From an uncultured Holophagales bacterium (GTDB taxonomy: Bacteria > Acidobacteriota > Thermoanaerobaculia > UBA5066): a DNA stretch of 64,000 nt. The position numbers were made by a program, and so were the translations under genes. The stretch's first letter is position 1. Each line of letters starts with the position of its first letter. Under the pieces are notes generated by a model. The model was not told the origin of the DNA. It saw only the letters and a list, made by a program, of their open reading frames with translations, and ran no database searches. The stretch covers positions 66,848 through 130,847 of the forward strand of contig CAZLQX010000003.1 in the NCBI GenBank assembly GCA_964561935.1. The letters run 5' to 3'. Shown here one piece after another: positions 37,379 through 44,251 of this stretch.

Positions 37379-37509
37379 CCGAGCCTCCTTGGCCTCCGTC
37401 CGCCCGGGGCTGCAAGACGGGGGCCGCATCCGAGTGTACGGCGGGCGCGGGCGCGGGTTCGTGAGCGGAGCCACGGACCGCGCGGGACGCGCTTCCTAGA
37501 ATCGGGACG

Positions 37510-38679
37510 ATGCCGACGATCCGGGTCTACGCCGACCACCACGCGACGACACCGCTCCGGCCCGAAGCGCTCGAGGCGATGCGGCCCTGGCTGGAGGGAC
37601 TCGCGGCGAACCCCTCGTCGATCCACGGCCCGGGGCGGGAGGCGCGGAAGGCGGTCGAAGGGGCGCGGCGGGAGGTCGCGTCGATCCTCGGCGTCCACGC
37701 GGAGGAGGTCGTCTTCACGTCCGGAGGGACGGAGGCCGACGCCCTCGCCGTCGTCGGCGGGGCGCGCGCGGCGCGCGCCGCGGAGCCGGACCGGACACGG
37801 GTCGCCTTCTCGGCGGCGGAGCACGCCGCGGTTCGGGAGGCGGCGCTCTCCCTCGGCGGGCTCGGCTTCGAGCCGGTCGAGCTGCCCGTCGACGGATGCG
37901 GGCTCCCGCGGGCGGAGGCGCTCGCCAAAGCGATCGGCCCGCGGACCGCGCTCGTGTCGCTGATCCTCGCGAACAACGAGACGGGTGTCCTGAACGGCGC
38001 GCTCCCGGCGACCGCGCGGGCGGCCCGGAACGCGGGCGTCCTCGTCCACGCCGACGCCGTCCAGGCGGTCGGGAAGGTCCCCGTCTCGCCGGCCGGTCTC
38101 GGTGTCGACCTCCTGTCGTTCACCGCGCACAAGCTCGGCGGGCCGAGGGGAGCGGGGGTCCTCTGGGCCCGGGACGGCGTGCGGCTCGCGCCGCTCTTCG
38201 TCGGGGGCGGGCAGGAGCGGGGGCGCCGAGGCGGGACGGAGAACGTCGCGGCGATCGTCGGCCTCGCCGCCGCGCTCCGCGCGGCGACGACGCGCCTCGC
38301 CGAGGAGGCGGCGCGCGTCGCGGCGCTCCGCGACACCTTCGAGAGGGCGCTCGTCGCGAGGATTCCGGGAACGCGCGTGAACGGAGCGGGCGCGCCCGCT
38401 CCGGGGCGCCTTCCGACGGTGACGTCCGTCACGTTTCCGGGCGTCGACGGAGAGACGCTCCTCGCGGCGCTCGACCTCGAGGGGATCGCGGCGTCGTCCG
38501 GTTCGGCGTGCGCCTCGGGGACGCCGGCCCCGAGCCGGGTCCTCCTCGCCTGCGGCCTGCCCGTCGCGGACGTCCGCGCGACGCTCCGCTTCTCGTTCGG
38601 CTGGACGACGACTGCGGAGGACGCGGAGACGCTTGTCGAGGCGCTTCCGCCCCTCGTCGCCCGCTGTCGCGCGGCTTGA
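37510..38679 (+). CDS. cysteine desulfurase (class V aminotransferase, IscS/NifS-like)
   Basis: Contains the PLP-lysine motif SFTAHKLGGPRG and the catalytic-Cys loop SSGSACASG. Confidence 0.85.
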   Translation: MPTIRVYADHHATTPLRPEALEAMRPWLEGLAANPSSIHGPGREARKAVEGARREVASILGVHAEEVVFTSGGTEADALAVVGGARAARAAEPDRTRVAFSAAEHAAVREAALSLGGLGFEPVELPVDGCGLPRAEALAKAIGPRTALVSLILANNETGVLNGALPATARAARNAGVLVHADAVQAVGKVPVSPAGLGVDLLSFTAHKLGGPRGAGVLWARDGVRLAPLFVGGGQERGRRGGTENVAAIVGLAAALRAATTRLAEEAARVAALRDTFERALVARIPGTRVNGAGAPAPGRLPTVTSVTFPGVDGETLLAALDLEGIAASSGSACASGTPAPSRVLLACGLPVADVRATLRFSFGWTTTAEDAETLVEALPPLVARCRAA

Positions 38680-38702
38680 TCCCGCGGTCGCGGGAGTGTC
38701 TA

Positions 38703-39449
38703 ATGGCCGCGGCTTCCAGTCCGGGACTGGCCCGCGGGGGAGATGCGTTGATCATCCAGTGCTCTGCCTGCAAGACGCGCTATCACTACGACGAGGCCCG
38801 GTTCGCCGGCGCCCCGGCGAAGAAGATCCGCTGCACGAAGTGCGCGACGGTCTTCGAGATCCGGAATCCCGCCGCCGCCCCGCCCCCCGCCGGTTTCCAG
38901 CCGGAAGAGACGGCCTCGATCGGCGCGCCGATGCCCGGCGCCGACGACTTCAACTTCGACACGACGGTGATGGGGCCGCACCGCAAGCGCCCCGTCGTCG
39001 CGGCGCCGCCGACCTCCGCCGTCCCGCCGCCGACGACGTCGGCGCCGGCGCCCGCACCCGCCGCGCCGCCGCGCTCCGGGACCGCGGAGTTCGAGAAGCC
39101 CGCCCTGACCGGCGCCGCCGGGGCCGGTCGCCGCCTCCGCCTCCCGGACTGGGAGAAGCTCTCCCTCGCGTGCATCGCCGGCCCCGAGGCGGGCCGGATC
39201 TTCGAGATCGACAAGGCGCGCGTCGTGATCGGCCGGGCGGGCGCGGACGTCCTCCTGAACGACCCCGAGTGCTCGCGGCACCACGCGGCGATCGAGGTCT
39301 CCGACGAGAAGGTCTTCCTCGTCGACCTCGGCTCGACGAACGGGACCTACGTCGCGGACAAGCGGATCACGCAGACCGAGCTCGAGAACCGGTCGGAGTT
39401 CGACGTCGGCTCCTCGACGCTCATGCTGATCCGGACCCGCAAGGAATAG
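38703..39449 (+). CDS. MJ0042-type zinc-ribbon plus FHA domain protein
   Basis: N-terminal CxxC…CxxC (IQCSACKTRYHY…IRCTKCATVF), a Pro/Ala-rich linker, then a C-terminal FHA domain (VVIGRAGADVLLNDPECSRHHAAIE…LVDLGSTNGTYV). Confidence 0.75.
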   Translation: MAAASSPGLARGGDALIIQCSACKTRYHYDEARFAGAPAKKIRCTKCATVFEIRNPAAAPPPAGFQPEETASIGAPMPGADDFNFDTTVMGPHRKRPVVAAPPTSAVPPPTTSAPAPAPAAPPRSGTAEFEKPALTGAAGAGRRLRLPDWEKLSLACIAGPEAGRIFEIDKARVVIGRAGADVLLNDPECSRHHAAIEVSDEKVFLVDLGSTNGTYVADKRITQTELENRSEFDVGSSTLMLIRTRKE

Positions 39450-39576
39450 CCGGCCCGGGAGCGGACCGGAGGGAACCGGCGATCTGCCGGCTCGCCCAGG
39501 GCGCCTCTGCGGTCGGATCCCTGACGGGATCTCGACCGGATCCGGGAGGATTGCCGGCGCCCTCCCTCTCCGTGAG

Positions 39577-40881
39577 CTATCGACCCTCCAGCGCCGCGAC
39601 GACCGCCTCGAGGGAGGCGGGGAGGCTCCGGGCGGGGTTCGCGTAGCGCGCGCTGCTCCCGTGGTACCTCACGGCGGCTCCCGAGAACTTGATCGCGTGG
39701 GCCGTCGCGACGACGACGACGGTCTCGTCCCTTCCGATCGCCCCCTCGCGCCTCAGCTTCGCCGCGCCCGCGAGGGCGACGGCGGAGTTCGGGCAGATGG
39801 CGAGGCCGTGCCGGTTCGCGAGGGCCGCGGCCTCGAGGAGCTCGGCCTCGGTGACGCGCGTGACGGCGCCGTTCGAGAGCTCGATCTCTCGCCGCGCCTT
39901 CGGGTGCGAGACGGGCGCGCCGATCCGGATCGCCGAGGCCTCCGTCTCGTCCGCGGTCCGCGTGACCCGCTCGGCGAAGCCGGTGAGGAAGGAGCGGTAG
40001 AACGGGTCGGCCGCCTCGGCCTGAGCCCCGGCGATCCGCGGACGCTTCCCGATGACGCCGAGGTCGAGCCACTCGCGGATCCCCTTGCCGATCGCCGAGA
40101 CGTTGCCCGCGTTCCCGACCGGGACGACGAACCAGTCGGGGACCTCCCAGCCGAGGTCGTGGATCGCCTCCTGCCCGATCGTCTTCTGCCCCTCGATCCG
40201 CACCGGGTTTTTCGAGTTCAGCAGGTAGACGGGGCGCGTGCGTGCGAGGTCCGCGACGATCCGCATGCATCCGTCGAAGTCCGTCGCGAGTCCCAGGGTG
40301 AGAGCGCCGTGGTGGAGCGCCTGAGAGAGCTGCTCTCCCGTGATCTTCGCCTCGGGGAGGAGGACGACGGCGCGCATTCCCGGCACCTCGGCCGCGTAGG
40401 AGGCGAGGGCGGCGGAGGTGTCGCCCGTCGAGGCGCAGACGACGTCGCTGCGGCCGAGCTTCCGCGCCCAGGAGACGCCGACCGTCATGCCGCGGTCCTT
40501 GAACGAGAGGGTCGGGTTCTCCCCCTCGTGCTTGACGAAGAGGCGCGCGAGGTCGAGCTCTTTCCCGAGCTCGACGCAGCGGTAGAGACGCGTCCCGCCC
40601 TCGGGCTTGCTGACGATCTCCCCCGGCGCGAGCGCCGGGAAGACGTGCTCGCGGTAGCGCCAGACGCCGCTCCGCTCGAACGCCGGCGTCTCACCGCCCG
40701 GCAGCGCCGAGCGCCGCCGGTCGAAGAGGTCGCGCCACTCGCGGCCCGACATCCCGAACGAGGCGAGGTCGTGGAGGACCTCGAGGAGGCCGCCGCACGA
40801 GGGGCACTCGGTGAGGACCTCCTCGATGCCGTGGGGGGCCCCGCAGCCGAGACAGGCGAGGCGGGAGAGGGGCGCCGCCAC
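39577..40881 (-). CDS. thrC: threonine synthase
   Basis: Contains the PLP motif NPTLSFKDRG and shows overall ThrC similarity. Confidence 0.85.
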   Translation of the reverse strand: MAAPLSRLACLGCGAPHGIEEVLTECPSCGGLLEVLHDLASFGMSGREWRDLFDRRRSALPGGETPAFERSGVWRYREHVFPALAPGEIVSKPEGGTRLYRCVELGKELDLARLFVKHEGENPTLSFKDRGMTVGVSWARKLGRSDVVCASTGDTSAALASYAAEVPGMRAVVLLPEAKITGEQLSQALHHGALTLGLATDFDGCMRIVADLARTRPVYLLNSKNPVRIEGQKTIGQEAIHDLGWEVPDWFVVPVGNAGNVSAIGKGIREWLDLGVIGKRPRIAGAQAEAADPFYRSFLTGFAERVTRTADETEASAIRIGAPVSHPKARREIELSNGAVTRVTEAELLEAAALANRHGLAICPNSAVALAGAAKLRREGAIGRDETVVVVATAHAIKFSGAAVRYHGSSARYANPARSLPASLEAVVAALEGR

Positions 40882-40888
40882 GAGCCGC

Positions 40889-41845
40889 CTACGCCTCGCG
40901 CGCGCCCCGCGGCGAGACGGCGTGGACGCTCGCGTCGGCCTCGACGCCGAGCGCGCGGAAGGCCTTCTCGGCCGCCTTCGCGATCTTCGCGGGGGCGGGG
41001 CCCTCCTCCGACAGCGCGAGGATCGTCGGGCCCGCGCCGGCGAGGGTCCAGCCGAGGGCGCCCGCCTTCCGCATCGCTCCGGTGACCTCGTCCCACCCCG
41101 GGACGAGGGCGCGCCGGCGCGGCTCGGCGATCCGGTCGCGCCGCATCCAGGTCCCGGCGGCGCCGAGGTCGCCGCGGTGGAGCGCGTCGATGAGGGCGGC
41201 GAGCGCGGCGGCCTGCCGCGTCGCCTCCGCGAGCGGCACCTCCCGCGGCAGGACGCGCCGGGCGTCCTTCGTCTCGAGCTCGGCGTCCGGGTGGACGAGG
41301 ACGAGCCTCAGGCCCGGCGGGACGGGGAGCGGGACGGGCGGGACGTAGTCGGCCGGGTCGGACGACGGGACGAGGACGAGGCCGCCGAGGATCGAGGCGA
41401 AGCCGTTGTCGCCGTGCCAGGAGCCGTCCGCCGCGTTCTCTCCGCGGAGGACCGCCTCGAGGAGGACGCGCAGCCTTCGCTCGCCGAGGAGGAGCGCGGC
41501 CGCCTTCGCGCCCGCGGCCGCGGAGGCCGCCGAGGAGCCGAGGCCGCTCGCGAGCGGGAGCCCCTTCTCGAGCGCGAGCTCGATGCCGGTGCGGGCCGTC
41601 GCGCGTCCGGCGGCGACGGCGGCCTCGAGGACGAACGCGGCGGCGACGGAGGCGGTGTTCCGCTCCGCGTCGAGCGGGAGGCGGCCGCGGTCCCCCTTCA
41701 CCTCGACGAGCCGCACGCCGGGCCGCTTCGAGCGCCAGGCGGCGACGGTGTCGCCGGGGCCGTCGAGCGCCGCGGCGAGGACGTCGAAGCCCGGGCCGAG
41801 GTTCGCGACCGTCGCGGGGGCGAAGGCGCGGACGGGCGCGCTCAC
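40889..41845 (-). CDS. thrB: homoserine kinase
   Basis: GTG start overlaps the lysC stop (GTGA). Contains the GHMP kinase motifs ANLGPGFD and PLASGLGSSAA. Confidence 0.8.
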   Translation of the reverse strand: MSAPVRAFAPATVANLGPGFDVLAAALDGPGDTVAAWRSKRPGVRLVEVKGDRGRLPLDAERNTASVAAAFVLEAAVAAGRATARTGIELALEKGLPLASGLGSSAASAAAGAKAAALLLGERRLRVLLEAVLRGENAADGSWHGDNGFASILGGLVLVPSSDPADYVPPVPLPVPPGLRLVLVHPDAELETKDARRVLPREVPLAEATRQAAALAALIDALHRGDLGAAGTWMRRDRIAEPRRRALVPGWDEVTGAMRKAGALGWTLAGAGPTILALSEEGPAPAKIAKAAEKAFRALGVEADASVHAVSPRGAREA

Positions 41846-43248
41846 CGCGTCACCGCCGCGTGGAGCGCCTTCACGGAGGCCGCTCGGTCCCTCTCGTCGA
41901 CGACGAAGGAGATGTTGCACTCGGAGGAGCCCTGGGCGATCGCTTCCACGTTCACTCCCGCGCGCGCGACGGCGGCGAAGACCTTCGCCGCGATCCCGAC
42001 GGTGCCGCGCATCCCGTCCCCGACGGCCGCGACGACGGCGACGGGCGAACGCGCCGCCACGCCGTCGATCGAGCCGACGAGCTTCTCGTACCGGAACTCG
42101 TCCGCGAGCGCGGCCGCGACCCGCGCGCGGTCCGCCTCGGGGAGGACGAGGGCGATGTTCTGCTCGGAGGAGGCCTGGGAGATCATGACGACGGAGGCGC
42201 CGAGCCGCGCCGTCGTCTGGAAGACGCGCGCCGCGATCCCCGGGACGCCGCTCATCCCCTTCCCGTCGAGCGAGAGGAGGCAGAGGCCGGAGACGGAGGT
42301 CACGGCCCGGATGCCGGGACGCGGGTCCCCCTTCTCGGAGATCGTCGTCCCGGGGCCGTCCGGGGCGAACGAGTTCCGGATGACGAGAGGGATCCGGGCG
42401 GCGATCGCGGGGAGGACGGCGGGGAAGTGGAGGACCTTCGCGCCGAAGTAGGTCATCTCCGCCGCCTCGCGGTACGAAAGGCGCGTCAGGAGCCGCGCGC
42501 CCGGGACGATCCTCGGGTCGGCCGTCAGGACGCCGTCGACGTCGGTCCAGATGACGACCTCGCGCGCGGAGAGGGCCGCCCCGAGGAGCGCCGCCGTCGT
42601 GTCGGAGCCGGAGCGGCCGAGCGTCGTCGTCTCGCCCTCCGCGGAGCGCGCGACGAACCCGGTCACGACCGGGACGACCCCGCGCGCGAGGAGGCGCCGG
42701 AGGACGCGTCGGACGCGGGGGTCGGAGCGCTTCCGGTCGCACGTCGCCGCGCCGTGCCGCCCATCGGTGACGAGGAGCTCCCGCGCGTCGACGGGGCGGG
42801 CCGGGACGCCGAGAGCCGAAAGGGCCGCCGCGAGGAGCGGCGTGGAGAGCCGTTCGCCGAAGGAGGCGACGAGGTCGGTCACGCGGGGCGTCCGCTCGCG
42901 CAGGAGCGAGATGCCGGCGAGCGCGGTCTCGAGCTCGGCGAGCGGGGCGGGGTCGAAGCGGACGGCGGAGCCCGTGGCGGCGGCGACGCCCGCGGCCGCG
43001 GCGCGGTGCCGCTCGCCGAGGGCGGCGACGGCGCGGCGGGCCGGGGCGAGGCGTCCCCGCTCGGCGTCGTGCGCGGCGCCGAGGAGGACGTCGGTCACGC
43101 CTCCCATGGCCGAGGCGACGGCGACGAGGCGGCGCCGCCGCGCGGCCGCGGCGAGGAGGCCTGCGGCGCGGACGATCCTCTCCGCGTCGCCGAGCGACGT
43201 GCCGCCGAGCTTGTGGACGGCGACGGGGCGGTCACTCGCTCTCGGCAA
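41842..43248 (-). CDS. lysC: aspartate kinase with C-terminal ACT domains
   Basis: TTG start (…KLGGTSLGD). Has an AA_kinase fold and two ACT domains. It overlaps the upstream transposase-like gene by 17 nt. Confidence 0.85.
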   Translation of the reverse strand: MPRASDRPVAVHKLGGTSLGDAERIVRAAGLLAAAARRRRLVAVASAMGGVTDVLLGAAHDAERGRLAPARRAVAALGERHRAAAAGVAAATGSAVRFDPAPLAELETALAGISLLRERTPRVTDLVASFGERLSTPLLAAALSALGVPARPVDARELLVTDGRHGAATCDRKRSDPRVRRVLRRLLARGVVPVVTGFVARSAEGETTTLGRSGSDTTAALLGAALSAREVVIWTDVDGVLTADPRIVPGARLLTRLSYREAAEMTYFGAKVLHFPAVLPAIAARIPLVIRNSFAPDGPGTTISEKGDPRPGIRAVTSVSGLCLLSLDGKGMSGVPGIAARVFQTTARLGASVVMISQASSEQNIALVLPEADRARVAAALADEFRYEKLVGSIDGVAARSPVAVVAAVGDGMRGTVGIAAKVFAAVARAGVNVEAIAQGSSECNISFVVDERDRAASVKALHAAVTR

Positions 43249-44173
43249 GGAGCCTCTTCTCCAGCTCGTCGAGCGTCGGACGGAGCGCCTTCCAGCGCCC
43301 CTCCCTGACGTCGCCGAGGACGTTGCTGACGCGCGCCGGCCTCACGCCGAACGCCTCGCCGACCTCGCGGCCGGAGAGGCCGGTGAGCCGCCGCGAGAGC
43401 CAGATCGCGGCGACCTTCGCCGCGTGGGCGTCGGACCGCCCGAGGCCGGTCTCGGGGACGCCGAAGCGCGCCGAGACGGCCGACTTCACGCGCGAGAGCT
43501 CGACGGCGCCGGGCCGGGGACGGCCCGCGGCAGGCGGCGTGAGGAGGAGCGCGCGGGCCTCGCGGGCGAACTCGGGGCTCCCGACGACGAGACCCGGGAG
43601 GGCGCGCTCGCGAAGCGGCCGGATGTTGCGGGTCCCCGAGACGAGCCGCCGGTAGCGCTCGCGCGCCCGCGGCCGGGCCGGGGAGAGGCGCCGGAGCGTC
43701 GCGTCGACCGTGAGCCAGGCGGGCCGCTCGGAGAGCCCGGCGATGGCGGGGGCGCTCGAGTAGCGCCACTCGAGGGCGGCGCGCGCGAGGCGCGCCCTCA
43801 CGGGGGCGAGGGCGACGACGCGCGCCGCCTCGAGGAAGGCCGTCGCGGGGTCGACGAGGAGCGAGCGGAAGCGCCCGTCGAAGAGCGCCCCGGAGCGGCC
43901 GTGCCGGCGGTTGAAGGCCTGGGCGTAGCGCCCCCCGAGGGCGCGCATGCCGGCCGAGAGGTTCGGCGCAGGCGTCTCGAGGAGGAGCTCGACGGAGGAG
44001 CCGAGGAGGGCGTAGGCGTGGACGAGCCAGCCCCGCTCCTCGGCGGTCCGTCCGAGGTCGAGGAGGAAGCGGTCCCGGTCCGCGTCATCCCGGAAGAGCG
44101 GGCTCCGCTCCGGCGCGCGCCATGCGACGTGGTGCACCGCGCCTGCGAGCTCGAGACGGGGAGGGCGGGACAT
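43232..44173 (-). CDS. Y1 (IS200/RayT, COG1943-like) transposase-derived protein fused to DnaA-C-type HTH; HUH and Tyr motifs substituted
   Basis: N-terminus reads HHVAWRAPERSPLFRDDADRDRFLLDL…AYALLGSSVELLL…GGRYAQAFNRRHGRSGALFDGRFRS. The C-terminus reads …AAKVAAIWLSRRLTGLSGREVGEAFGVRPARVSNV (Bac_DnaA_C-like). Confidence 0.7.
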   Translation of the reverse strand: MSRPPRLELAGAVHHVAWRAPERSPLFRDDADRDRFLLDLGRTAEERGWLVHAYALLGSSVELLLETPAPNLSAGMRALGGRYAQAFNRRHGRSGALFDGRFRSLLVDPATAFLEAARVVALAPVRARLARAALEWRYSSAPAIAGLSERPAWLTVDATLRRLSPARPRARERYRRLVSGTRNIRPLRERALPGLVVGSPEFAREARALLLTPPAAGRPRPGAVELSRVKSAVSARFGVPETGLGRSDAHAAKVAAIWLSRRLTGLSGREVGEAFGVRPARVSNVLGDVREGRWKALRPTLDELEKRLLAESE

Positions 44174-44251
44174 GCGCGGCGATTCTAGTGGGAAGGGGCC
44201 GCCGGTCCCCCCGCGCGCCCGGCGGTACGATGCCCGCACCACGAGGGAACG

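Noticed and set aside
33642-37415. 1257-aa ORF 33642-37415 minus as a single gene
   Set aside because: Only the last 192 codons (Maf) are protein-like. The remainder is out of frame with the GWxQ/VWA gene (34250-37378), which has a signal peptide, an SD and conserved VWA motifs.
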